Of a stretch of 64,000 nt of DNA, positions 39,628 through 57,420 are shown in pieces; within the stretch, counting starts at the first letter, position 1, and every line of letters begins with the position of its first letter. The position numbers and the translations under genes are program-made. A model generated the notes under the pieces. It was given only the letters and a program-made list of their open reading frames with translations. It was not told the origin of the DNA and did no database searches. This DNA is from Ramazzottius varieornatus (taxonomy: Eukaryota; Animalia; Tardigrada): the NCBI GenBank assembly GCA_001949185.1, contig BDGG01000011.1, positions 1,412,597 through 1,476,596 on the forward strand, in the 5' to 3' direction.

Positions 39628-41211
39628 TTTATCCTAAATCGGAAAAGGATCGCTCAGCAATGCAAAACAAGATAAAACAGAGAGCGGAAAATTCTCTACC
39701 AGCTGATATACGCAAACCTAAAAAAACATGCTGGCACCCGTTACCGCGGCCAGTGGTGGAAAGTTGAAATCTGACTAAGCCATACGGTAATCGTCCCGTC
39801 AGTGACGTCACAGGATACGCTAAGTAATGAATCGATACAAAAAATTCCGATTTTTCTGCTGACCACAGGACAGTCACCGCAACGACACAAAAATTTCTAT
39901 TCTGGACGCAATCATGCCACGAATGTTGTAAATTATTTTCGGACTGTTTCCGCACGTGGTGAGTCTGTAGCGGCGCTATTCATCTGATAATCGCGATTTG
40001 TCTATAGATCTTCTTTCAATTTTTTTAATTATGCGTGGCTGTTAGCCATCGGTTACCAGATGTGTTCTACAGAGATACTGTTGCTTGAAGCAAACCAAAA
40101 ATATGGGCCAGATAATTTGGATGAGAAATTTTCCACAACTCGGTTACTGTCCGGTGCGAAAGCGAGTTGTACCCCCCGTGTTCAGAGTGTTAACCAGCCA
40201 TTCCTTCACGGCCCGCAATAATATAACGAGATCTTACATAAAACTTGCACTACATCGTCCTTTAACATACGGCATCAAGAATTTGAAGCTCGATCAGTAA
40301 GGTTTTCCGAATGTGCAAAACTAAACCGCCGTTTTCCGTACACATTTTTACGAGAGCTTGGGGAGAATAAGATTTGACAAACTCCCTCTTCTTGTTGTTG
40401 ACGCTTTTTTTCCACCTTCAATATCAGTCTTCCTTTGGGGCGGCTTCCGAACAAAAACTCGCCAGAGCGGAGAAGATTAACTCAATCTCCCGCGGTACGC
40501 TTGTTAACTACTCTCTTCGGGAAGAGCTTCTGGCTCTACCATCGGGATTTCTTTCCGGTTTCCATTAGATTAATGATTATGAGGCCGTACTGCCGACTGG
40601 AAATTTAGAAGCAGACGCCATATGGGAAACTCGGAAGGGTTGTATTTCCTACACTGACCATTCGGCATGATTGAATTCAATAAGTGAAGAGGCTGATCGT
40701 GGGCACAGCTGAAGATTAAAAATCCGCCTTGCCGTGGCTTATTGACTTCCTCCGTATTTCCACCAAACTATCACGGACCGAAGTAAACCTTGGCTTTCAG
40801 TCGATAACGACTTTGTTCATGTCGGTGAATACGCTAAAACCCGTTGAAAGAATCAAATGGGATGTACACTAATGCACCGATGCATCAAGAAAAATCAGCA
40901 GGTCCAAAAGATATCGTTTTCGACGTAAAGGCTCGGTCTCTTCACTCCACGTGGGTTATCAGTAAAGAGAGATCTGAGCTCCATTTCACGAGCTTGAGGA
41001 ATGGCGTTTTTCGCTACTGCTCCTCACACAACCATTCGATCATATTCATTTTCGAAACTCAAACAGTAGACCGTTATAGAGGAACATTTCTGCATCAGTG
41101 GATTTAGTCGAGGACGCTCCGGAAGTTCAGGAGTCGCATCTCCCGTAAAAGTGGGAAGTGCCGAGTCGGGGTATGACGAAACAATGCTTCAAAGCTGATT
41201 GAACCAGAGTG

Positions 41212-41504
41212 AACTAGTGTATTCACTGCAGTGACAGGCCATTGTATGAGACCGTTCCCCGCCGTCAATCAAGGATCCTTTTGATTGAAGGATAGCGTTT
41301 ACCACGTGCTTCGAGAGTGCAGTCTGTGAGATTGTGGTCACGTGGTCAAAGTCGGCTCTGGTCAATCAAGGGCTAACTCAAGATCATCAAGTGAAAGTTC
41401 GCCCTGAGAAACAATCAATAATTAGCGTGTCTGCCTACGCTTGATTGAGAGGACAGAGTTTTCCAGTGTATCAACGCGCCTTTCCTGCAGTGAATACACT
41501 AGTT
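41212..41504. mobile_element. MITE-like element with perfect 20-bp TIRs
   Basis: AACTAGTGTATTCACTGCAG ... CTGCAGTGAATACACTAGTT. TSD not resolved. Confidence 0.75.
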
Positions 41505-43821
41505 AGTTGATTGTTTCACTCTGATTGAACGTACCGTAGCGTAAGCTCCGTTGCACGAGTACCGTACTTTTGAGTTTCGTCTCTCTAAGTTCAGAGAAGA
41601 TTCCAATCAAGCTGGAACTTTCTGTGCGATTATATTTGTCCATCAGGGCTATCGGATGGCCGTTGCAGAAAGTTGAGATCAGCTCTTGGTCATCCCGCTA
41701 CCGGGGAAGATCAGCTGATAAGATCTCTGCTTCCCATCAGTATGACCCCGGTACGAGCTCGTACGCGTAAACTAAGCCCGAGTACAGGTGTGCGGCTGGT
41801 CCGTCAATCAACGCCTTTTCTAAACCAATACGTGGAATGTTCTGCGATCAGTCAATTAATGACTGCAGCAATGGCCAAAATGGTTGAAACATCATTACTG
41901 TTGCACTGGCATACATTGATTGTCTGATTACAATTTTTTTTCTAATTTCTTCTTTTGATGCCGAACTGGCGCCGTGCTGTCACTCGTCATGCCTACGGTC
42001 GGTCTGGTCAATCGTAATTCTCGGACTTGATCCCAAAACACCCACGTGACTCGCCCGATAGCCCCATCAAGGAGCATCCAGTTCCTTAGCTCCATTGAGG
42101 AAGGCGTGTCTTTGCAATGGTTTGTGCAGCCAGAAAGAGGTTGAGTAAATACAGATCGCTCAGTGAGGGAAGGGAGCAGCAACGGCCATTCCTCAAGCTG
42201 GTGGAACGGAGGTTACAGATACCAACTTGTCATAGCAGTACGAGGTAAACGACATAATTCGGGCATATCTATTTTCGCACCATAATCCAGGCAACGCGAA
42301 AAGTTTGAAGATTATCGTCAACGCTTGATTCATCTCCCATCGTACGCCTACTGATACAACATTAGGCTTTTCAACATTGGACGGACCCATGTCTCTACCA
42401 AGCCAAATTCCCTTTGTTGTTCTCAAACCTATTGAAACCTCCAGGAGAGAAATCAGTCTACCTCACGAAATAAGAAGTAGTTCATTACGCGCAGCAGGAG
42501 CTGAGTAGAAGTATGCCCAAATTACGAGCGAAAAACGACTATGCCCGAATTATGTCGTTTACCTCGTAGGTCTTGGTCGTTTTCCCTTTGGGTATATACC
42601 GAAATTTTGCCGCAGGGTCATCAGCATTGAAATTGTGAACAAAGGCCTCCGTCGGACAACCAACAATGACGAATGGGGTATAAACAGAACAAAAACATCC
42701 CTCGGTGCTCCTTCCTGACATCGTCAGTTCGAATTTCGTCACAAATTTTCCACTCGTCCCAAGCCCTAAACACCGGAACACGGTACGTTCTTGTGACCGT
42801 TTGACGAAAATAGATTATCCACAGCATCCAGAATAAATATGCAGTTTGTACTTCACGCACAACGTCGAAAGGTGCCATTGTATCATAACGGTAATATGAC
42901 GCAGCTCACTGTACCAAGTGCGCCGAAATCACGTTGGGCGTCAGTTGCATCTACGATGTTTTCCGGTCTCCCCGATGGACAATTCCACAAATGTTGCACG
43001 GCAATCACAAAATGAGAACTTGGTTTTTTGGCAATGTCATACTGACGGCGCAGACGTCTTCAGACACGTCTTGCGACTTTGGTTGGTCAATATCAGTAAA
43101 AGATTACGTATCGCACCACCGAGAACGAAAATTTCCGTGATCATGTGAATATATCGATTTTTCGATTGCTGTACTTTTGCTTTGAGCAGTAAGGTTTAAA
43201 ACTGATGAAAAAATCCTGCTGGGCGTTAGAACCATTTGACTGATCAAAACCTTTTTCACGAACAATAAATCAAAAAGAAAGCAAGGAGTCGCCCTTTCGC
43301 TTCCTTATTTTGATTTAGGAAATCAGTCATGCTGCCCATCAATGTCTTGAATATCTCTACTGTAATGCTTCATGAACTTGGCAGCTTAGTTTACAGTAGC
43401 GTCAGTTCGCCAAGTTTCCGAAGCAATACAATAATTGTCACATCTCGAACGGCCAGACTGTACGGTTATCGTCTCTTGTTTACTGTATATCGAACGCAGC
43501 AGTTATTTTCGTACAGTAGAAGCCTTCGCGTTTAACGGCCTACTTTAGACACGTATAGTGCCGTGATGCGCGATGCCCTTCCTTCTGAAAAAGTGGGCAC
43601 AAGCTCTTGAGCGTCAGCCTATTCAACCTGGAATGCCTCCTGGAGATGCACCTCTGTGCTCAATTCAGCTCAGGCTGAGTGTACGGCGAATTTGGGATTA
43701 CTTTTGAGGAAGATCTAGACTGAACAATCATAAGCGGTAAACCGAAAGATATGCTCGTCGCAAAGGGATAATGAGAGAAGACCTTTCCGTATAACAGAAT
43801 GTCAGTACGACTATATCTGTA

Positions 43822-44019
43822 CACGCAAGACGAGAAATTATGGTACAAGAAAAAATTATGGGACAAGCGGAAAGGACGTCCAAATGGAAATTCGACCGTA
43901 GAAAATTGTCGAAAAGTGTATCACTGTGAATCGGTCGCGTACGTACGTGCTCCCGTACCGCCCTAGCGAAAAGGCCTGTACCATAATTTTTACTTTACCA
44001 TAATTTCTCGCCCTGCGTG
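43822..44019. mobile_element. MITE with TA TSD
   Basis: ta-CACGCAAGACGAGAAATTATGGTA ... TACCATAATTTCTCGCCCTGCGTG-ta. Confidence 0.8.
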
Positions 44020-44343
44020 TACATTGAGCGGCAAAGGACGCTGGCTAAGGTCTTTTGCTTGGATTACCGCTCCTTTCAAATCTGATAAGAATGATCTCTT
44101 GAACGCATATTTTTAGGTTGCAATAAAGCCAGGTTTGACCGACCTTCTTTTCAGCCAGTTTAAGTCGTGACGTGCAGTGTTCACTGAAAGAGAATCCCAA
44201 ATTGTGATTAGACCGCGCAGTTAGTCATACAATGCGCAGAAACCTATGTTTATGATCATTTCGTAGGCAAACGCACATCATTATAAGAGGTGAGGACAGG
44301 CGTAGAATTTAAGTCTCGCCTCGGTTCTATCAATTGAAGCATC

Positions 44344-45447
44344 ATGAACGCGTCCTGGAGTGAGCGAAACGACTCATTGTTTCTGGACCCGCTGGTTAAC
44401 ATTACCACCATCACCTTTACAGCATGGAGCTTGGGCGACATCTTTTACATTTGCTTCGACATGAGCGCGATCTTGCTTGGCTGTTTGGTCCTGCTTCTGC
44501 TCTACATCGACCGTGGCAACAAAACCTCCTTCAAAGTCTATATCGCCAACCTCTGTGTGGTCAACATATACTACACCGCTTTAGGCTTCGTGACCATCAC
44601 CAACAAGAGGCTGGTATTTCCCGCCGAGCCGCCACAGGCTTACTGCGTCATCCTGCGTTTCCTCAACTACATTACGGCTGGTTTGGTCCACCTGGCCCAC
44701 TTTCTCATCGCCGTCAACCGCGTTTGGGCCGTGACCTGGCCAGTGTCGTATCGCCAGTACAACCGCAACAACGCCATCCGCAACCCCGTTATCATCTGTA
44801 CAGGCATGTGGTTGTACGTTCATGCCTTCGTGGTGCCCGCCGTCATCCTCGACTCCTTGGTCCCCAAGCCCTTTCCCGAACTCCATCAATGCATCCTGTG
44901 GCTATCATGGAATGCGCACTGGAACATCGCTGCTGGAGTACTGGTCTATCACACGCCTATTGCCATCATGCTGGCTTTCTACCCCTTCATCCTTTACAAA
45001 ACAATCAAGCGTTCAAACCGGTCAGGACGAAACCAAGTCGGCCAATCGGGACGTGCGACTACCGAAGCCGTTAGTCGCAAGTCACGAGCCCGTGCCGACG
45101 CTCATTCGGCTCAACAGTCTACTCATCAGTCCTATAGCATCGCTAATGCTACTGTCGAATCTCAGTCAAAGCGTCCACTAAGAACGTTCTGGAAATTCCT
45201 TCGTCAGAGAGCGTCCGACGGACAGTTTTTGACATTATCAATGCTCACCCTCAACGTGACGGTTTTCTTGTTTCCAGCTCAAGTCTACCATGTGCTTCTG
45301 CTGGCTAATATCAATCCCCTCGGAATGCAGGACGTGGTGGACACCATGTACACCTTTAGCCCGACCATCGACTCCTTGCTTTTCCTCTTCACAGTTAAAA
45401 GCTTGCGCGATACTCTCCGTGCATGCACCAGACGCAACTCCCCATAA
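44344..45447 (+). CDS. Intronless class A (rhodopsin-like) orphan GPCR, 367 aa
   Basis: Seven hydrophobic segments, N-glycosylation sequons in the N-terminus, YIANL in TM2, Cys at the top of TM3 and in ECL2, IAVNRVWAVTWPVSYR, and PTIDSLLF in TM7. Confidence 0.9.
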   Translation: MNASWSERNDSLFLDPLVNITTITFTAWSLGDIFYICFDMSAILLGCLVLLLLYIDRGNKTSFKVYIANLCVVNIYYTALGFVTITNKRLVFPAEPPQAYCVILRFLNYITAGLVHLAHFLIAVNRVWAVTWPVSYRQYNRNNAIRNPVIICTGMWLYVHAFVVPAVILDSLVPKPFPELHQCILWLSWNAHWNIAAGVLVYHTPIAIMLAFYPFILYKTIKRSNRSGRNQVGQSGRATTEAVSRKSRARADAHSAQQSTHQSYSIANATVESQSKRPLRTFWKFLRQRASDGQFLTLSMLTLNVTVFLFPAQVYHVLLLANINPLGMQDVVDTMYTFSPTIDSLLFLFTVKSLRDTLRACTRRNSP

Positions 45448-47865
45448 TTTTAGAGACTTGAGCTTTGGCTTCTTGGTAAACTCTGCATCTAGACTTTGGC
45501 CACAAACGTCGATAAAACAGGCGCCTACTGTACTTGTAGGAAAGAGTTTGCTTACTGTTAGACAACTGTATAACAAAAGGTTTCAAAAGTTTTGCAGATA
45601 CGGTGTCCGCTGTAGCTCTTAGTTACGAGTATGATACAATTGATACAATTACACAGATTACTCGGATAAACGAGAATAAATTAATTGTGAAAATTAAGGT
45701 CTATAAAAGCATTCGCTGGGAAAATTTGCAAAACGCGGGCCAGTTTGAAGAAAAACGATGGAACAAACGACCGCTGCTGGCCGTGGTGGTCTGCTTGGTA
45801 GCAACTAACCCACCAAGTTAAAAAAGAGCCGCCTCCAATGCAAATCTGAATTGACTGCATGTCCGAGGTAGAGACCCTGTTCTACACGGTAATCGACTGC
45901 GCTTCCCACCAACGCTTCCCGATAGTCAGGGCGTTAGTAACGGCAACTCGTTCATGTCTGAAATCGGCGAGAGATTCTCTTCGTGATTTACCAACGAAGC
46001 CCCCCCCTTTCGTCTCGTGAACATAGCTATACGGAAAGGCAGTCCGCGAGCAAAAAAGAGCAACACGTCACAGCGGGGGTGCGGAGGCCAAATCGATTGT
46101 AAAGTGCGTGCACTCGTTCAACGAGCACGATGACACGCATATGCGATCTGTCAGCTATTTATGCAATGGAACCTGGTATGGCAGGCCGTGTTGGGACATT
46201 GCTGTAGCCTGGCCTCGTGCATTTTCGAGTTATTTCGGCCACCATTTCTTGCAAGCGACAATCTTATCTCGTTTGTCCAGCCAAACATGGACCAAATCTT
46301 CAGGATCTTTTCCATGTCTGAAGTGAGGTAATCTGAAACCTGAAGGCTGAGACACAGCCTGAAAAAAGTACGCAGAATAACCGAGTTTGAGAGCTAGTCG
46401 GACTCAATCAACCAATCAGTGTTGTTGGAACATGCTGAAACAGCAAATCTTCAAGCGATTTAGTTGGGCTGTACGGCCTGCCTTTGCCCAGACAGTCGCT
46501 CCGTAACAAAATGACGTCAAACAGCTGACTGGTGATTGCACTGCGTTCGCCCAGTGTACATAGCGTCACCTCAGTGGCCAATCGTGTCAAAGCCGTGCAG
46601 CCGGTGTAGTGCGCTGCCTTTACGTACAGCTATACTCGTGAATCGCGAGCCGAATTACGAATGTTGAATTTTTATACATTTACAATTGTGGATGCGATCG
46701 TTTTGTCCAAACTATCGTTCGTTCAAACTATCTGCGCATATTGCAACTTCTCTGTTCAGTCGGCCTTGTATTCCATCGGTTATGCTATTCGATAGACAGT
46801 TATGGTATTCATCCCCTGGCCAGTAATGATAATAATAACAGCTTTACTCGTGTATGATCGCCAGCAAAATAGCTCAGCCTTAGACACAGGTCGAAAAATG
46901 TGGCAAGAGACCCAGAGAAAAAGTACCAAAGTATAAAACACAACGACTACTTCAAACAATCATCAATGCTCTTCACACACCAAGAGAAGTTCCGCAGATC
47001 AAGACGGTCGAGGAGAAACTTGAATGCGGGCAGACTTTTGCAGCTCGCAGACGATGGACAGAAGTATTTGTCGTTGACCAATTCACAGGCAACGAAGACA
47101 AAACTGTCAGCAGCTACTTTCAGAAGATCTAGTTCTTTGATTCTTGATGTTGGCACGACCCGAAGTCTGTCTTGCAGAGCTTTCGTGGCATCCTGACGTC
47201 TTGTGACCCGGACTGGAGGATGCCGTGACGTGGTAGCGGCGGTCAGCAGAAGTTGACCATCGGGGAAACCGTTCGTCCAGATCTTGAAGGCATTCACCAT
47301 TCACCAGTAAGGATCAAGGAAGAACTATGCCAGGTTTTATGATGAGGCGCAGTAAACCTGAGACTTTTGCTCAACCGTATAGTCACCCTGCTTTCTACCG
47401 GTGAGTCACTAGGTTAGTGAATCCTGCGACGTTATCTGGCCATCTGCCTTCGGGTAGCGGTTGGGAGACTGGAACCGTTACTACAAACGTGAGACAAACC
47501 ACGAAGATTGTCTTGCGTGACTAAGCTAACTTGATTTATTTTACGTGCAGTGGCGTACCTGGTAAGATGACTCCATATAATAAGGCCTTCACCTTCAGAG
47601 TTGCCAGTCGTTAGAAATGCACTTGGCAACATGACTGTGAACCGCGCTCTGGCAGAACAATGTCAAAATCTGTTTAAAACAGCTCACGCGTCACGTTTGC
47701 AGTATTCTGTTTTATCTTTCTTCGCTTTCTGGCTAAGAGTAATCTGGAAATCTTGTAATACGTTTTGTACGAGTACAGTAGTACATATAACGTGTCATAC
47801 TAGAATCTGCGAACCTTATTTTTTTCGGCAATCATCACTTCTTGAAGCCACCAAAAGGCTTTAGT

Positions 47866-48264
47866 ATGGTCAGCGGAGTTTATTTCACACTTATTGTGGC
47901 AACGAGTAGTTTTGTGGTCAGCCAGACCAACGCGCAGTTCCCCTATTACAACGGGTAAGGTGGATATGGTGGTGGCGGTTGGGGCGGCTATTATGGTGGA
48001 GGCTTCTACCCCGGTGGATATGTTCGAGAGCCACGTCAACTGCAAGGTTACCAGCCTGGTTACCAGCCTGGTGGTCAGACATACCAAGGGGATGTGGCCT
48101 ATCGCGCGCCCAACTGGTGGACCCAAGACCAGCAGAATAACGCGCAACCTATAATGCTGTCGTGGAGTGAGAAATGCAACGATCCCTTTCGTCGACAGGT
48201 GTATCGAAATGATTGCCTGGACGACAATGGATCAGGTACTTGGGGCAGACGTAAAAGGAGATAG
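47866..48264 (+). pseudogene. Secreted Gly/Tyr-rich peptide precursor with one internal TAA
   Basis: MVSGVYFTLIVATSSFVVSQTNA-QFPYYNG*GGYGGGGWGGYYGGGFYPGGYVREPR-QLQGYQPGYQPGG...C..C..GTWGRRKRR*. TAA at 47956-47958. Confidence 0.75.
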
Positions 48265-48967
48265 AAGAAAAAATTGATGAAAGCACAAGTGATGGTTTCG
48301 GCGCTTAGCCTTCTTTGAAATTGTCTTGAAACACTTCTGTCTCGCGATAGTCAGATATTATGTTACGTTGCATAAAGGATCGAAGTGGTCGGTGTAAGAC
48401 GTGAAACTTGGAAGCTGCATAAAGAAGTGCGAGAAACAAGAATTTGTGACCGGTACGAAGCGACTTACGTAATTTTTCCGGGCTGATTTCACCACATGCT
48501 TCCGTAACCTGCTCTTTGCAAAATTGCTGTCGGTCATTCGGTGTCCGGTGTCTCATCAGCGGTTGATACAGATACTTCCGGCTCGAGGAAATCCGACTCT
48601 AGGGTGCTAATCAAGTCAAGCTTGCAAGGATCCATTCGTCACATTTTTCGCGTAAAAGTCTTGTTTCATGAACGGGAACAAGCAGAAAGTTCTTCCTGCG
48701 CGGAACTGCATCCGATCGGCAGACAGTCGACGGCCACCAGATCGCGGATGCAGCTAAACCTGAGGTCAAGGACAACACGCACCCACAAGGCTTGAGCTTT
48801 TTCCTGATGGTGTTTTACTCTGGTGAACCACTTTCTACCCCACCGGTAGAAATTTGGTGCTCGATGGATAACGGCAGTTTACGTGCAGATTCTGTACGCA
48901 AGAACATGACGTGGGACAAGACTGGACCCGGGTGCCTTCAAAACGCCTCTGCCGATACCACCCTGTT

Positions 48968-49479
48968 CTGACGAGCCTCCGAGCCATGATCTTGCCCAAA
49001 TAACATTGGCGATCAGTCCTGGTCTGCTGCAGAGCATTGCGGGTTCAGTCTGTGCTCCTGTAAGTGACATACATATCTCATGGGACATAAAAGTCACATA
49101 CATGGACCATACATGAACTCGTTATGCGATATTCCTGCCCATAGACATTATGCTTTAAAGTACCGATCTAGTCGGACAGTATTGGATCTGGGTGGGTGTA
49201 GAAAGACTGCCCGGATGGTGGGCGAAATCTTTGACAAACGTCTGTACTGATCAGGTGTTTGATATGACATCACATCACATATAACACCAGATTCTCCCAG
49301 TTCTGGGCAGTCTCTTCACATGGACCCGGACCCAGATTCGTCCGACTAGATCGGTACTTTAAAGTATGTCACATTCTTGAACCCAGACTGGAACCACAGT
49401 GCACCGGAAACGCTCTGCAGCAGACCAGGACTGATTGCCAATCTTACTGGGGCAAGATCATGGCTCGGAGGCTTGTCAG
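48968..49479. mobile_element. MITE with ~70-bp TIRs
   Basis: CTGACGAGCCTCCGAGCCATGATCTTGCCC..ATTGGCGATCAGTCCTGGTCTGCTGCAGAGC, mirrored at ~49412-49479. Confidence 0.8.
49159..49358. mobile_element. Nested TTAA-flanked MITE (Kolobok-like AG...CT ends)
   Basis: ttaa-AGTACCGATCTAGTCGGAC ... GTCCGACTAGATCGGTACT-ttaa. Confidence 0.8.
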
Positions 49480-49528
49480 CAGAGGAAGAGCAACGTTGAG
49501 AAGGCTCACAACGGCTAAACCGCATCTA

Positions 49529-50250
49529 CAGGGCGCTCGCACCAACTTGCTGCCACCCATGAAAGCATGGCTTTTTTGACTGGATCATTACTCAACTTTC
49601 AAACTAGTTTTTCCTGGTCTGACATCCTGTTTGCAATCTCGTGCAGAAATACCGACCAGAAATGTTTTCGGGAGGAGTTGTAACCGACATTAAGCTGGAG
49701 AAGAGAAGGCAAAAGTCTATCAACTTTCGCAGTTTCTGTTTTTCAGTTTTCCGTTCAATTTATGCGGCGCTGCTGTTGAAAACAATTAGATCACGAGCTA
49801 GGTTACTCGAAAAGTGATCAAAACCATGAATCTTCCGATCAGGTCAAAAGCGGCAATTTTTCTCCAACAGCAAGGTTTCCCGGCAAAATGGCCGAATTTG
49901 CTGTTTAAAATTCATTTGCTGAGTTATCTTCCTGTTCTCGTGGATCTTTTTAATCTTCACGTACAACCAAGACAGTTGTTAATAGCCCGTTGATAGCAGA
50001 TGTCGGATTGAAACTTTAACATGGGGTCCTGCGGACAACAGTTTTGGTCGTTACGATAGGTCTTGCCCACCGAAAGTCACACTATTCAAATTCTACAAGC
50101 TGCTAATCAATATCATAGAACGGCTCATAGTTCAACTGAAACAGCTTGAAAATTCGTATGGATAGTGTGGAAGAGCAGGCGGAAACGAAGCAATCTGATT
50201 TTTCCCTCGTGGAAGTAACAGGTGGTAGCAAGTTGGTGCGAGCGCCCTTG
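49529..50250. mobile_element. Non-autonomous Tc1/mariner-type element, distant relative of 5808-6880
   Basis: ta-CAGGGCGCTCGCACCAACTTGCTGCCACC ... GGTGGTAGCAAGTTGGTGCGAGCGCCCTTG. Shares internal words GGTTTCCCGGCAAA and CCCACCG.AAGTCA with 5808-6880. Confidence 0.75.
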
Positions 50251-51753
50251 CAATATCTTGAGCGTGACGCAACGACAAATCGACAGTCGTGCCCATCGGG
50301 AATATTGGCCTACGATGTTTGGGTCGGTTAGCCGCATATGTGTTAGATCGGTTAATATCAGATGCGGTTAGTATATCGGTCATGCGACATATTTTGAGCA
50401 CGTGGGAGAGAGAGATGCTATAGGTTATCGGAGATGGCAGCACATGCAGCGTACCGAAAGTCTCACAGTCTTCAGCCTCTCTTCGTAGATCGAGATGCGT
50501 CTTCTGCCCAACACTTTTACGCGAAAAGGTTTTCGACGGTTCGGTCAGTCTGACCAGTCCCGGGCATGGCGACCCGCGCTAAAATTTCCTTCGTATCAGA
50601 TATGCCGTTGCCCAACTATAATAACACAGGCATGCGTGTACGTAGTCGTTCACAGATTTGTTACACCGAATGTCGGCAGATTACTGATGGGGTTTTATCA
50701 TGTCGTTGAATGGCCATACCGATCTCTCCGCCACGGAGAGACTGTCTCACATTTGCAGCCCATACTGCCGGCTGAAGTTTCGCGCTCGGCGGAAAAGTCG
50801 AGCAGCAGCAGCGTCGGAGAACCTAAAAATAACTCCGGATTGGCAGTAGATGGAAACCTTCCAGTCATAATTGTACATGCAGCTACGGCTCATACCACGT
50901 CATATCCGGCTGCTGATGTTACGGAGTGTGGTTTTTTTTCTTCTCTCGATCGGCTGTACGAAGAGAGTGGAAAAGCGAGACAGCCACGCGGATGGGCAAA
51001 ACTTCTCTGCCCGTCAAGCTTGTTGCATGAGACGCCCGGAGCATGATGCATGGCTCGACAGATACCACAGTTCTTATTTAGGATCACTGCTCGAGAAAAC
51101 ATTGCTGGATGAAATACTCAGCCATCTGTGATTCTTGTCTGCCATCCTTCTCCTTCAGGTCGTTCGCCGTAAGAAAAAAAGAACCAGGTTCGTCCCGCAG
51201 TACTGTGTGCTCGTCTCATCTGTCAGATTGTGATTTCGTCAATGTTTCCATCCGTTCGGTGCTCCTTCTTTCTTTCTCATAATTCAGCCTACCGTGCTGG
51301 CTTCGCCGTATAATCATATTGGAGGGGAGTATTTCGCCTCTGAGGGTTCGGTGTCATGGCTGATCGACCATAGCTGGGTAATTTGTCAGATGTTATATCC
51401 GTCACCGGAATACACCAAGGGAGTGGCCAACATTTGGGATAGTTGATGCTGACGGGCCATACTTGGAATATTTCGTCACAAGGGCCTGAAGAAGACCATC
51501 AAAAGGACCTGAAGAAGCCAGCAATTGAGAGTCATTATTCGCTGTAAATGATTGGGGTGTGGAATGCAGCACGAGGAGGGCGCCATGCTCAACTGTAGAG
51601 AGCTAGTCTCCTTATGGCATCGTTACGACGTTACACAAGCTCGTCTCGTACCGCAATAGCACCGGCAACAACATGATACCATCCTACTGAAACATTGCTT
51701 TTTTTTCGGCGTGGGACCTGGACTGGCCGACGCAGCACCCTGATACTACCTGA

Positions 51754-56910
<5,157 letters not shown>

Positions 56911-57144
56911 GAGCAACCTTTTTGGAATGACGTTTTTTCTTTCTTTTTCCCGATGCGCATTGCAAGAGTCTGGGTAGAGTACACTGAGCTGATGGTGAGA
57001 AGTCTCTCATGCTCCTCGATACAACTTCAAATTCATTAAAGTTCCCTTCCGTTCGCCAAAGAGAGACCAATCGTGCTGTTGTTCAATAGCCGTAACGCAA
57101 GTGCAAGTACGTGCTTTGTCCTGGTAGGAAGCTGAAGACGCTTA

Positions 57145-57420
57145 GGCTGCGTTTCGTAAGTCAACCCTAGTTGATAACCCGACACGTGATTGACGACGTC
57201 ACGGCAAAGAACGAACATTAGAATAATGCGTGAAAAGGACGAGCTTGGACAATCAAACTGCACTTTGATTTACGCGTGCTTGATTGAATCGAGTTAACCG
57301 TTAACTAGCCTTTTCATGCTAGTTAACCGTTAGCCCAGCTCCTACCCCGTTCGCGACGTCACTAGTCACGTGTGCAAAAGCTGGTTTTTAACTAGGGTTT
57401 TTGGCTTACGAAACGCAGCC
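57145..57420. mobile_element. Tourist-like (PIF/Harbinger) MITE, copy 2, with TTA TSD
   Basis: tta-GGCTGCGTTTCGTAAG ... CTTACGAAACGCAGCC-tta. Confidence 0.9.

Larger units (their letters stand above)
35636..40189 (-). mobile_element. piggyBac transposon (degenerate) with TTAA TSDs
   Basis: ttaa-CACTCTGAACACG ... CGTGTTCAGAGTG-ttaa, plus subterminal GGGTACAACT inverted repeats at ~35677 and ~40165. Confidence 0.9.

Noticed and set aside
40400-43150. Possible decayed receptor (guanylyl cyclase/kinase-like) gene on the minus strand, with a faint echo at 1260-2220
   Set aside because: Only short suggestive words (SAHLV, LKST); it cannot be supported without a translated homology search.
44424-45181. 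Long overlapping ORFs in other frames of the GPCR
   Set aside because: Shadow frames caused by C-rich third codon positions.
50495-51046. 183-aa ORF upstream of junctophilin
   Set aside because: No domain signal; probably overlaps the junctophilin 5' UTR or promoter.
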